NCBI RefSeq assembly: GCF_009914755.1 | Contig: NC_060926.1 | Length of the DNA: 64,000 nt | Direction: 5' to 3' (one strand) | Source: the human T2T-CHM13v2.0 reference genome, Homo sapiens | In this document: in pieces, positions 14,930 to 30,712 of the stretch | Position numbering within the stretch: position 1 is the stretch's first letter | How the letters are laid out: every line of letters starts with the position of its first letter | Position numbers and translations under genes: made by a program | The notes under the pieces: generated by a model | Database searches by the model: none | What the model was told of the DNA's origin: nothing | The model's input: the letters and a program-made list of their open reading frames with translations, nothing else

Positions 14930-17000
14930 AACCAAGTAACCTAGGCCTGGCCAAACAGAGTCCCTTAACCACCCTCTATCCACTATGATTATAGTTCAGG
15001 AAGGAGCAAGGAAGTTGAGTTGATTGGAAGCATCATAGCTTTTTCCATAACTGCAGGGAAAGAGAATTTATTTTGATGGATTCCTCAACTGCAAATGTTG
15101 GCTCCAAGCCTCTGTCAATCACCTGGATCCAGCCACACCTAAAGTCATGACACTTTTAGCCACATAAGCACTCAATTCCTCTTGTCTTTTTTTTTTAGCT
15201 GGATTTCTCCCATTTGCAACCACAGAGTGATGGCTTTAGATAGTCTGCATAGTCAGCAAGGCTTTTTGGGTGGCATCTGACCTACCAGCCACCTTCCCTC
15301 TGCTCTGCAGGCAAGATCCAGCTTATCGCAGGAGGACTACAGGAACCTCACACTGCTAAGCCACCAAGCTAAATTACCGTGGAACAATGTTGCCAAAATA
15401 ATAGCCTCTCAGAACAGCTTGATGTCTTTTTCTTCATATGGTTTCCCAAGCAGGATATGAAGTTGGCATCATTATGTGATGAGGGATTTACTCAGCAGGA
15501 CCAGGAAGGGGTAGGGTGGGGTGGGAAAGAGCTGTGGCTCTGCAAGGGAACCTCCAGGTTTAAGTGCAGCTCCCAGACAGTGATCCACGTGTGCTGCCCT
15601 GGGCCGGAACTTCCACGCACGTGCAGAAGCCTGTGCACTGGTGAGTGGGGAGCAGAACACCTGTTGGCAAATCAGCCTCTCTAGACCTTGCTAGAGTGGC
15701 AATTAGGCCTTCTCTGAGAGCAAAACAAATTATCTTAATAGATATGTAACCCTCAGATCCTATTGGAAAAACGTTAGATCATTGGGGGACTATGTATTTT
15801 TAATCAAAAGTTGGCATTTTTATAAAGAGCATGTGATTTGACCATTTTTAGTCTATGCCCTCAATGCAATTTAAATATGACATGCTGAGCATACACTCAG
15901 TTTTGTTCTTAAAAGAACAAACCTTGAACCTGGCTAGAATTCAGTAATTTTTTTCTTTGAACCAACAATGTTGAGAACTGAATTTTTGAAATATATGTAT
16001 AAACCAAAACTTACCAAAGGGAGAAGCTTATTTAATTTCAACCAGCTCTTATGGCGTGTCTTCTAACACAGGGCTTAGAAAACTAAATAATCTATGGCTC
16101 TTGTTCTTGCTCTTGAAAAGCTGCCAGTCCTTGGTAAAGCCTAAGAGACCTGAATTTTGGAAAAGCATTTTGGAATGCTTTTAGTTGCAAGAAACAAATG
16201 AACAAAACTAACCCCAAGGAACATAAACAATACAGGAAATTTAAAACTCACAAAGACTTAAAGCCTGAAAATAGATTTGCCTTCAGGTGAAGCTTGATCC
16301 AGGACCTCCATGACCCAATTTTTTTCCATCTTTCCTGTTTTCAGATTTCCATTCTTGGCAATGTCCTCTCCTCTCTCAACCTCGGCTTGTCCTCTCAACC
16401 CCTTTGCTAGCCTGCTCCCTGGGAACTAAGAAGGGGTTCCCAGAGAAGGTAATGCTTAGAATTTTGAGGCAGAATGTGCATGGGATTGACAATAAAGAAA
16501 GCACATTCCAGAAGGCAGTATCCTTCTCAAAGGCAAGAAGGAGTGAAGCCACAGGAGAGTCAGGGGAGCTGCAGGTAGTTTTTATGCTGCTGGAGGAGAG
16601 AGTCTACTTGAGGGACTAGCAGTGATGGATGCTCAGGGGTAGGGAGGAGGTAGCAGGAGGAGGGATGGGGACCATGAGCTCTGTTCTGAGCGGAGCTGAG
16701 GTGGAAGCACTTTATCCTGAAGACGATGGAGAATAATTCTAAGCTGTGTATGCAAGGATGGGATCTGCACTTCAAAGTGAAAGCAAAAAAGACCAACTCA
16801 AACAATAAGAAAGTGTATTATCTCATAGAACTGCAAGTTCAGAGGGAGGGTGGGTCCAGGCTTGGCAAGATTAGTGGCTCAAAGATACCCTCAAGGACCT
16901 AGTTTCTTTCTGTTTCTCTGTTCTGCCACTTTCTGTGTGAGCTTCAGCCAAGGTCTGGCTCCCGGCATGGTTGCAGGATCGCAGCCAGAGGCAGGCAGGG
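14930..17000. mobile_element. Scattered degraded ancient MaLR (late MLT1) and L2 fragments interleaved with unique DNA
   Basis: MLT1-like ends such as ggatttctcccatttgcaaccacagag (~15200) and ggaatgctttttagttgcaagaaac (~16170); L2-like purine-rich tract 16420-16770; boundaries approximate. Confidence 0.4.
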
Positions 17001-18526
17001 CCATATGTCGTTCCCAAACCCATCCAATAATGGAGACAGAGAGGGGGCGGAGAGAAGGAAAGGGAGAGGAAAAGGGAGAGAGAGAGGTTCCAAAGGGGCC
17101 CATCGGGAACAAGGAATCTGAGTGGGAAACCAACAGTGCCCTTCTCGAAGGCTTTCATTTCCTTCTTCAACACCCAGGGCCTGTTGTATTTCGGAATTCA
17201 GTACTTTTTGGATTTCAGGAGGGTAACAGAGTGCCTGTACCTCATCTTTTAGGAGGGTAACAGAGTGCATTAGACCCCACAGGGGCTCTGAGGTGCTGAC
17301 CCCACCCCACCACACCAATGACTCTGCATAAAGGGCATGGACGCCAGGTGCCCTGCTCAGTCAGGGCAGGCTTGGCAGCCCGGGGGCCACAGTGTGCGGC
17401 GCGTTCCTTCATTCTTGTATGGACCCCAGTGCCCAGGACGTTCCTTGACTGCTCTGTGAGCAGGGGGAGGAGGGCTGGAGGGAGCGGGTGGGGGGGCAGT
17501 CAGAGAGGTGATTTCTGAGGCTATGGGGACGTGCCAGTGGGTTGCGAGATGGTCTGAAGGAGAACAGACGCGACGGGAGTGGGAAACTGTGGGGACACGA
17601 AAGAGATTCCAGAGAAATGAGGAGGCAAGGGTGAAAGAGGATTACCTGGAAAAATCAAATAGCAGAGTCCTTCTTCTGCCACTAGAGGTCATGAAGAATT
17701 AAGACTAAGTCACTTAAATTGGTGAGGTGTTTGCAGTTCCTTTCTGTGAAAAGATCTCCAGGACAAAGAGACAAACAAAGAGATTTGTTGACGTATTTCA
17801 GATCCAGAACGATGAGCTACACACTTTCTGAAATCCACAAGTGTGTGTCTCGTAAGCTCCTATGAGTGTGGTCTTTCTTAAGAGCTCAAGCTCCCTCCGG
17901 TCTTGAATTGCCTTGACATCACACACTCAGGTGGGCCCTGCCTCCAAGCCCACCTTGTGAAAACAGGGACGGGGGACCGCCACTAGGGAGAGAACGTGAG
18001 AGTTGGAAGGGGCCCAGGCCCATGGGAAGTCCAAAGTGGGCTGTCCAGGTAGGGAATCTGAGGCCAGTGAGGAAAGAAGGACTTTTCGAGGCCACAGAGC
18101 TGTGTGGGGCAGAGGTGGCACTAGAGTGAGTTTCCCTGGTGTGAGGCCCAGGCTCTGTCCTCTGCATGATCCGGGGGTGGGGGACGCTGGAAGCCTGGTT
18201 GACTAGAAGGAAAGACAAGCCAGAGGCCAGTGCTACTCTCCACTTCTGCCCTTTGCTGAGCTGGCCCTGACCCCTTCCAGGCCTCAGGGCCTCCTGCTGC
18301 CCTGACTTAAAGCTCCGTTTCCCACGATCTGTACAGATCCTGACTCACACCCTCCTCTTCATGTCCTTGGGCTACTTTCTCTTTGACTAACAGTTTTAAA
18401 TTTTTATTTATTTTTATTTTTGATACATAGTATTGTACACATTTATGAGGTATGTGGAATATTTTTACATGCACAGAATGTGTAATGATTAAGTCAGTAC
18501 AAACATAAGTTAGAAAGAAGAAATAA

Positions 18527-18780
<254 letters not shown>

Positions 18781-18789
18781 AAATAAGTT

Positions 18790-19297
18790 TTTTTAGTAAA
18801 GTAATTCAAACTTTTCGATTCGGGGTACATGTGGAGGTGTGTTACAAGGGTATGTTACATGATGCTGAGGTTTGTGGTATGATTCATCCCATCACCCAGG
18901 TAGTGAACATAGTACCCAATAGGTACTTTTTCAGCATTTGTTCCTTCCCCTTCGTCCCCCCTCTAGCAGTCCTCAGTGTCTATTGCTGCCATCTAAATGT
19001 TCATGAGTATCCAGTGTTTAGCTCCCACTTATAAGTGAGAATATTTGGTATTTGCTTATCTGTTCCTCCATTAAGTCACTTAAGATAATGGCTTCCAGCT
19101 GCATCCCTATTGCTGTCAAGGATCTGATTTTGTTCTTTTTTATGGCTGCATAGTATTCCATGATGTATAAGGACCACGTTTTCTTTATCCAGCCCACCAT
19201 TGTTGGGCACCTGGGTTGATTCCATGTCTTCGCTATTGGGAATAGCACTATGATCATCATACGAGTGTATGTGTCTTTTTGGTAGAATGATTTATTT
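18790..19297 (-). mobile_element. L1PB-like 3' end fragment
   Basis: ggggtacatgtggaggtgtgttaca...gctcccacttataagtgagaa...; ORF 19018-19260 resembles L1 ORF2 C-terminus ([18 protein letters not shown]). Confidence 0.85.
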
Positions 19298-21292
19298 TAG
19301 ATGAAATAAGTTCTGAAGCTCAATAGCAGAGTAGGATTACTATATTTAATGACAATGTATTGTATATTTCAAAATACCTAGAAGGGAGGGTTTGAAATGA
19401 CCCAATACATAGAAATGATAAATACTTCAGGTGAGGGACACGTGATGATTGACTGTCAGTTTTGAAGCCTGGTTTTGCACAAACACCTCACCCCAACTGC
19501 AAACACTGATAAGGGCGGCTTCCCATCCTCAAAGGCTCACACCTGCCCATGTCTTTCCTGGTGTGAACCTGTTCTCCTGCTGCATCACACAGCTGGCCTT
19601 ATAGGCCATTTTTCTGGATTTTTGTATCGTGTGATGCTGTCATGGGCCACGCTCCTCTCTGCCCCAGCCCAGGTGCAATGCCAGGGAGATCACCTGAGAT
19701 GACAAGCCTGCATCCTGCCATGCACATGGTCCTGTCTGATGGCTCATTTTGGGGCTGAAGATACAGGCTTATTTAAGGTGGTAGCTAACATCTTTACCCC
19801 GAAGAGGTCCAGGTTCTTCCTTTTGGAGCCTGAGAAAATAAACAGAGTTTTAAGAGTAAGCATGTGGGCAGGGATGCCTAAAATTGAGTCAAGAAAATTA
19901 AGCTGGAAGAAAGCTTATTCATATGCAAGGAGTATCATTAGGTCCATTGGTAATAAACTAATAAAATGTTCTATAAATACTCCATGAGAAGTATCCACTG
20001 GGCATCATCAGGTGGTCGGTCTGTGGTAGCTCCTGGGAAGCTAAAGCACTAATGGATTTCATACATGTTCCCATAAAACCCGGAGCTCATTTCCAGGATG
20101 AGGAAGAGCCAACAGAAAGACTGAATGAGGCCAGGCACAGGGACAGGCGCTCTTCTCTCAGGGGCGGCAGGCCCATTCAGAGCAAGATCTGATCGCTATA
20201 AGCCCTTTATCATAAAGGAACATATCATAAAGGATATGGATAAATTCGTTTTTGGTATCAAAGTTTTTTTTGTTGCTGCTTTCAGCGTTTTATTAACTCA
20301 TATATGTGAAAGCTCTTCATGGGGTAGTGAATAGAGTATTTTCCACGCTGTGATTTGTCTGGCAATGGGAGTGAAAAGTAGCATTATTAGAAAAAAAAAA
20401 AAATCCCCTAAGATCCCTGTCAGAGTTTTTTTCCCTTCTATGCTATTTTCTGTTTTTTGGTTTTTTTTTTTTTTTTTGGCAGTAAAAAAAAATCATCGTT
20501 CACTCTGATGCAGAGAACTAAGGAGAATTTTCAAGGTAATTTTTATCTGAGGAAAGAAAAAAAAAAAACACCGTGTAAATCACTTGGAGGTCATTTTTTC
20601 CCATGCCTTGTTGAATCTGTTGAGCCTCTCCCAGTCCTCTGGCAGCCTTGAAGAAGTTCCTGAAGACTCAGTTCTTACATTTCTGCCAGTGGTGACTTTA
20701 TTCAAACTTGGAACCTTCCACTCTTTCGTAAGAGTGTACGCACAGTTTCCTTTTGTCCTCATGGAATGTTGCTGCTCCCCCCAGAAAGGACTGCCAAGCA
20801 GCAGCCCCTCAACTTGCAAAGATGCGGAGGAGCCTGTCTGCAGGGCTTCCGTCAGCTTATTTTTTACTTTGGGAAAAAGTCTGTGCCCACAGGCCTCTCC
20901 TCCTCCCTCAGTCTCCTTCCCTTCTTTCTCTGACCCCTGCTTCCCTGGGACTCCGCTGAGCTGGCCTGTCCACTTTGCCTCCTTGAAGATGGGGCACTCG
21001 TAAGACCAGCATGCTGAGGTTGACCCACTGGCACCACGTGACTTCAGCATGGTAGTTTAGTAAAAGGCCAGCTCTCCTTAGGAATGATGGCGGAGAGGGA
21101 GAAGGTATGGAAAACACAGAAAACCCCACCCTGCACCACTGAAGTGGAGATAGAGCAGCCACAGAGAGTGGATGGGCAAGGACTCTCCTCTGGCCTCTCA
21201 TGTCCTGGGCTTCAGGGTCCCCATGACAACTGTCCATGGGCACCCACACACCCAGGAACCTACAGGTGCTGGGATTGGACCTCCAGGCAGGC

Positions 21293-21476
21293 CAGTGGTT
21301 CTCGAGCTGCATGCTCAGCACCCTGGAGGGCCTGTTAGAATACAGAGGCCTGCACCCCACCCCAAGTTTTCAATTCAATAAACTTGAGGTGTGGCCCCCA
21401 GGTGTGCACTTCTGACAGCTTCCCATGTGCCGCTGAGGACCCAGGTCCAGGGACCCCCTCACTTGGAGAACTACTG
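21293..21476. mobile_element. MER5A-like MITE
   Basis: Terminal inverted repeats cagtggttctc / gagaactactg. Confidence 0.75.
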
Positions 21477-21607
21477 GGGTTAGCAAATAAGGCAGAAAGT
21501 AGGTAAGCAGAAGTCCTGGTTTGTTTAACCTGCATGATGAATTGTTCAGTGACGACTCACTGCAATTTCTCGCTCACTTTCTGTATTTTATACCTGAATT
21601 TCTCTTT

Positions 21608-22146
21608 GTCAAGAACTGGGAAGGGCCTGAGATTGACACTCCTTGCAAGTTAACCTGTTAACTGGCACAGTTTCGAGAATGCTGGCAGAAGACACAAGAC
21701 GCCTGGGATAGAGGCAGAGGACAGTTTGCAACTCACAGCCACAACAGCAGCTAGGGTGTCAGCACTTGCACCAGTTTCCAAAGTCATCCCTCAGGGTGAT
21801 GGTGGCACCTGCACCGTTGTGGGTTGTGCTGTAGAAGAGGAGCCTCGTGCTTAGGGAACCTAAGTCTTTTCTAACAGACAGTATGCCTGCCTGACTGTAA
21901 CCTTGGAGAGAGACATTTCCTTATTACACTGACAGTAAAAATAACAACAACAACCACCAAACCAAATCAAAACAAAACAAAAAATTTTAAAAAAATCTTT
22001 TTGTTCCAGGGATAGATATTATCCCCATATATCAAGGCTATTGATGTACAAACATTCTTAAAATATAGTCTGGAACAAAGGCATCAAACACTTCCACTCT
22101 CAAGACGTGCAAAAACCTGAGACCCATGGAGAATTATCTCCAAACA
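21608..22146 (-). mobile_element. ERVL-class solo LTR (LTR40-like; subfamily uncertain)
   Basis: Begins tgtcaagaactgggaagggcctgagatt...gctggcagaagacacaagac, ends ...attatctccaaaca. Confidence 0.5.
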
Positions 22147-22278
22147 TCCTTCTACTTCTTCTCATTGGAAATTACTAAAATGCAAAATCCCCTTAAGGCT
22201 ATCATGGTAGGCAGAATAATACCTCTTCCTCCCCACAAGATGTCCACCTTGAAACCTGTGAATATGCTACCTTACAGG

Positions 22279-23060
<782 letters not shown>

Positions 23061-24355
23061 CCTGACAAAGAGGAATTAAGGCTGCTCATCAACTGACCTT
23101 AATAAGGAGATGATCCTGAATTGTTGGGGTTGAGGAACAGTGTAATCATAAGGGTCCTTAAAAGTGGAAGAAGGAGGCAAAGAAGGTCAGAGCAACGCAA
23201 TGTGAGAAGGACTTGGCCTTACATTACTGGCTTTGAAGATCGAGGAAGGGACCATGAGCCCAGCAATGTGGTGGCCCCTAGAAGCTGGGAAAGACCAGCA
23301 AACAGATTCTCCCCGGATCCTCCAGGAAGGAAGGCCATCCTACAAACACCTTGATTCTAGCCTGGTGAGACCTCTGTGGACTTCTGACCTGCTGGAATAG
23401 AACATGATAAATTCATGTTGTTTCAAGCCACGACATTTGTGATAATTTGTTCCAGCCACCATAGAAATCTAATAAACCCATCAAGCACAGCACAGTTGAG
23501 GTAGCACGACTTTATGGCTGCAGGCTGTTTCCTCTATTTTCTTGGATACCACAACTTAATATATTTCACATGGTCATTGTTTGCCATTTCTAATCCCATG
23601 ACTGTAGTACGTTTATAACTGTTTCTGCATTTCACAAATAAGGGATTTTGCTCAGAGAGCCGATTTCTCTTTGCTTACTTCTTTTTCCCTTATTTAGAGT
23701 TTTGCATTTCTCTGTACCATTTCCAGGTGTTTGAACTCACAATGACTACTTTATCTCAGGCTTTGCTTCGCTTCTCAATTAAAATTTTGTGTTGATAGAA
23801 GATAGGAGTGCTTGCTTGTTTAATATCTGTTTATCTAGCTTGATGATGCCATGTTTATATAACAGGAGCTCTGGAAATTAATCAATATTTCTAATGAAGC
23901 AACACCCCACTCCTCCGTAGGTGTAATAGCTGGAAAAGTTTGAGATGCTTGCATATTACAACCACTCTGGCCATAGATTGTATGTATGTTAAGTGCTTCC
24001 AGGGAAGGGACTGGATCTCACTCACCTTTGAATTCTCTTAAGTGTGGAGCCTTGAACATTTTAGACTCTGACTGAATAATTGATAAATGATCAAAGATGG
24101 GGAGAGTTGTTTTCTTGAGATTTTTCTGTGTTCTGGAAGCTTTTATTTGCTGTATCTCTGTATTGTTTTCCATTCCCCTGCCATCCCTCCAGTTACCTCA
24201 TCTTTCTGTAACTAAGCTTCCTGAGACAGAACAAAGTCCTGCGGGTGTGGTCTCATTAGAGGCTCTGAGCTGTGAGGTAATGCTTCTCTTCATAATGATG
24301 CCTTGTTCTTACCTGGCACCTTACTAATAAAATTCATAGCTGGTGAGGAGCATGT

Positions 24356-24385
24356 ACACACACACACACTCACACACACACTCTC
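24356..24385. repeat. Imperfect (CA)n microsatellite
   Basis: acacacacacacactcacacacacactctc. Confidence 0.85.
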
Positions 24386-26370
24386 ACTCCCTTCGAAGAG
24401 CTGAGCAAAAGTAGGTTACCAGTTCCCTCAGAAAACATAGAATGCCAGTCAAGCACCCTCATATTTTTTTCAAGGGACCCCTTCCTTAATTGTCCAATAT
24501 GTTTCTAAAGAAAACATAATATTACCTTGAAATGTTAGAGTGTCTTTCCTCTTGGGTCTCAAAGGACAGGTGGAAACCTGAGCTTATCTCTATAACATCC
24601 CCATGAGATCAACACTCCTGCATTTGAATGCGACCTATTTAGTTGGAGTGTAAGGCAGGGAAAGTCCCCCAGAGAGTGGAGATTTCCATGAAAGAATGCC
24701 CAGGAATATGGCCACTGTGTAGGGAAGACTGAAGCACAATTTATTTGAAGGACAATATAATTTTTCTAGAAGAATCAAGTAATTACTGAGAGATGTCAGA
24801 TGATGAGATTTCTGGAACTCTTAGGATGTTTTGGAGTCAACTATAGCTTGCCACTTACTTCACTTGATCCAGAAATGTACAGTTAAATGGCCTCAAGGTT
24901 AAGTGGAGGAGAAGGAGGATTTGGATTTGCACAGCAGTTTCCAAATCAAAGCTGAGGTGTCTGAGTTCAGCCTGGAGTGGATTACACTAAACTGCTAAAG
25001 TTGGGACATTGTGAGAAAATTTCTGATGTAAATCCTGGTAGAAAACCTGAACTATGTCGTGTTTCATCTGGGTGTGGGAGCTGCCTTGCTATTGACTAAT
25101 CCCTCAGTACACTCCAAATGTCCCTACAGATTTAAAAACACCCATGTCAGGGCTTCCTTCTTTGTCTTGCCAACATATGCATATGTTGTTTAACTCTCTA
25201 AAGTCTTTCAAAAAGGTGTTGATTGTGATGAAAGAAATATTACTTGTAGGACACATAGATGCATCCATCCATCCTGGACACATTGATCTACCACATGCAA
25301 ATTAGTTTAACTTTCTGTCCAAAAATGCTTTAGACCAGACTAGATTTAACCTTCATTTCTGGAATGTTTAAGTACTTTGCATGATGGACAATTGAAAATA
25401 CAATTCTCAGCCTCTTGCGACCTTTACTGACTGATGTGATTATGAAAATACCAAGATGGTCAGGACTTCTGGAGCAAGGTCATGGACTGGACCAGCGCCA
25501 TGCTGAGCCATGTGGAGCACAGGGCAAATGAAGCATCATTCACATGGATCCTTTCTTTATTTAAAATTGTGACCTTTGTTCATCGTGGATTTCCCACCAC
25601 AATGACTGTAAATCTTACGAAGACAGAGAGCATTGAAGAAGAGACTGGAAGTTGGAAATCAAATAGAAAAGTGGTACTTGACTTAGCAGATGAAGAAAAT
25701 GACACCCTTAGCTGGCAGTGACAACAGCTGAGAAATGATCTTATTTACACTGTGGTACCCCTCTCCTCCCACACGGAAACCCTTACCAACTGGAGGAAGT
25801 GCATTTCTATCAGTGGGGGTGAGAGAGGACTGGATGAAAGCCTTCCTTAAGGAGTGGCTAAGTTCAGCAGCAGCAGACAGGAAGTTTATTTTCTGGAGAA
25901 AGTAACCTGAGGCTGTCTGAACTTGGGCACCAACCATGCTGAAGGAAGGGTATGGAAGTCAGACAGTGAGTAAATGCTCAAAACTCCAATCTCCTTCCCA
26001 CTGTAGGATGGGGGCCCTGGAAAATAGCCATTTACCCTCCAGGCAGGGGATTAGAGGTGTCTTGTCTAGAGACACTCACCAGCAGATGAAACTGATGCTG
26101 GGACTCCTAAGGAAATGGCCTGCCTGACCAGCTTCCAGTGCAGGCCCTGGGTGGAAGCCCAGCAGAGCCTCCAGTCAGCCCTTAGTGGCCCACTCAAGAT
26201 CATCAGACAAGGTGCTCAGGGAGAATATGTCACAGCAATGACCAGAAGTCAAGCAACAGAAAAAGAGCAGTCTGCCAAAGCAGAGGCTACTGGGACAGAA
26301 GAAGAGAACAATAATTACCTCAGAGAGACAAGAGAGGACACTGCACCCACAACACAAGAAGAGGGTCTTA

Positions 26371-26857
<487 letters not shown>

Positions 26858-27035
26858 AAAATTGGAGAATCAATGCAGGTAACAGGAATCCAACAAACAA
26901 ATCACAGGAGTAAGTATAGACAGGAGATAGTGGGGAGGAAATCATTTAGGAAGTAGCAGAGGAACATTGCTCAGAACTAAAGGACACTATTCTTTTGTCC
27001 ACCATGTACCCTGCTCAAAGTACAAAAATGATCTG

Positions 27036-27333
27036 GGCCAGGTGTGGTGGCTCACGCCTGTAATCCCAGCACTTTGGGGGGGCCGAGGTGGGTGGATCAC
27101 TTGAGCTCAGAAGTTCAAGACCACCCTAGCCAACATGGCAAAACTCTGGCTCTACAAAAAGTAGAAAAATTAGCTGGGTGTGGTGGCACACGCCTGTAGT
27201 CCCAGCTACTCTGGAGGCTGAGGCAGGAGGATCGCTTGAGCCTGGGAAGTGGAGGTGTAGTGAACTGAGATTGCACCACTGCACTTCAACCTGAGTGACA
27301 GAGTGAGACCCTGTCTCAAAAAAAAAAAAAAAA
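27036..27333 (+). mobile_element. Alu (AluJb-like)
   Basis: Full dimer with ggatcgcttgagcctggga and gagaccctgtctc, poly(A) 27318-27333. Confidence 0.95.
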
Positions 27334-27537
27334 TCCACAGCAAGGTATATCATTGCAAAATTTTGGAAGATGGGGGGCAAATACTGGAAAGCACTTGCAG
27401 AGACAAGTAACAGTATGCAGACAAAGAACCACGAATCTGAATGACGGTGGACTTTTTTATATCAACTCCTGAGCTAGAAGACAATGAAGTAATGCTTTCA
27501 AAATTTCTGGAGAGAAGTGACTTTTATCCTAGGATCC

Positions 27538-28626
<1,089 letters not shown>

Positions 28627-30291
28627 CTAGGATTCTGTTCCCAATTCAAAAATCACATACGTGTGAAGGTAGAATATAGACTTGGTAGGATATACAAGAT
28701 TTCAAGAACTTTGCCTCACAAGAAATCACTAAAAAAGTTACTACAGGAACACTGGATGAGGAAGAAATGAAATGCCAAGAACAAATGATGTGGCATGGAC
28801 ATTTCTTCAGGAATGAATGGATCCTGACATGTCTGAATAGGTCAAGAGGAGACTGACACAACTAGGTAGAGTTTGGGTGTGAAGTTGTAACAAGTTCACA
28901 GAAAGTTAAGTGTGCGCATGTACACACACATACACACCCCTCACAAGCCCGGGACAACTATGAGCTCCAGAGAATGCAAAATATTGTGCATGAAAGAAAA
29001 AGTAAGCATAGTAGACTGTGTGACTTGACTATAAATAGCATTTGCAAGCATAATTATGGAAACACTGACTACTGCCATAACCAAATTACACTGTATGTGT
29101 ATTGATATTGAGAGGATGGGAGGACAAGTGATGTGTCTGAATGAAATAGCGGTAGAATGGCTGGGGGTGGGGGAAGGTATGAGAACAGAGTTGTCATCCT
29201 CCACAAAAGGGAGTCAATAGATAATGCCTAAAATGGAAGACTCAAAGGAAGAGGATCACCAGCATGCTATTTGGAGCTATGAAAGGAATTACCAAGAATG
29301 TGCTGCATGAAGGGCTGGGGGCTGCCTTTGGGGAGTGGAAAATGCTAAGGACGCACTGCAGTTTTTCATAAAAAGCCTTGTAGAACAATTTGACTTTAAA
29401 ATGTGTGCACATATAATTTTGTCAGAAAAAAAAACAAATTAGAAAACGAAGAGGATGTGGATCCCTAAGAGCAGTTTACAGGCCATGATAGAGCTGAGAG
29501 AGAGGGTAGATCGTTCAGACGTGATTCTCTGCATGCAGTAATTCTCTGCTGCAGGTGGATGGGAATTTTCAGTGACACTTTTGTCCTCCGAGTGATATGC
29601 AGATACCTCGCTTTTGAGAACTTGTCACTTCGGTTGGACAACAACCACTCTCCAATTATGCTACTGCTTTACGGCTTTGAAAAAGTAGGAAGTATATGAG
29701 TATGTTTCTAGGGCAGGAAATATGGATAATAATTAGAGTTAATGAATAAAGCTTCCAATGTTAGCCAGGGTAGCATGAGAATTAATTATAAATTTGATTA
29801 AAGAGATTAGAGTTCATTAAAAGTTAAGTGTTCTGCTTCCTCATGTTTTGATCTCAGGTTAGTGAATGAGGTTCGCTGTTGAGGAGTGTGCTCTACTCGA
29901 GATCCCCGAGCTAAAGCTAAATCAGGTTAAGTACATCCTTTCCTTCCCTCCCAAACTCCCAACCTAGGAGTCATGCATAATTTCCATGCACATGCAGGGG
30001 ATGAAATCTCTTTAATCCTTATGACTTTTCCCTCGGGCCTGCCACTCTCACTGAATTCTGTGAATTTTTAATTAACCTAGAGTTGAAGATGTATAGGCAG
30101 TTATATATCCTCAAAGATTCAAATGGTTTTTCAGCTCCCGTTTGAATGGCTCTTCTAACAAGGCCTGAAATAAAGCTGTGTGAAAAACAGAAGTCCGAAA
30201 GAGTGCTCACTTTAGAAAAATTGAAATAAGCAATTATTATAGTTAATATTGACAAAAACAAGAGCTAGGGAACAAAACCAGTTTTTAGTAT

Positions 30292-30712
30292 TGTGCTGGT
30301 GATTTCCATGTGCCCCACCATGCACTCATTCTCAGTGTTTCCCTGCCCCTTGTGCCCCAGGGGTTGAACCTTCCTTGGCTGCTTCTCTTGGGCTCCTTGG
30401 CCCTTTGCCTTCTGGTTGGGGGCTTAGATTCAGTGGGTGGTGGCAGAGGTGGGGAAGCTGGGTAGCCAGTGGCTGCCTCTTTGGTTACAGGTTACAACTC
30501 CACTTGTTCTGGCCCCAAGCTCTCTCTGGGCTCCAGTAACATTGCTCCTTTCTTCTGCCCCTTCAGGCCCAAGGCAATAACAGCTTCCCACATATACGAG
30601 TCACCATCCTTTGTTGGTTCCATTAAACCCATCTGAAGAGTTGTTTAATGAAACTTTCTTCAATGAAACTTTCAGAATGTGCCAACTGCTTTCTGCCAAG
30701 ATCCTGAACTGA
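30292..30712 (+). mobile_element. Degraded ERVL-class LTR (LTR33-like)
   Basis: Starts tgtgctggtgatt; cccttcaggcccaaggcaataacagcttcc; ends ttctgccaagatcctgaactga. Confidence 0.5.

Noticed and set aside
24420-25760. Possible processed pseudogene or endogenous viral fragment in a long non-Alu stretch
   Set aside because: Partial manual translation gave only short peptides with no recognisable family; TBLASTX or Dfam would be needed
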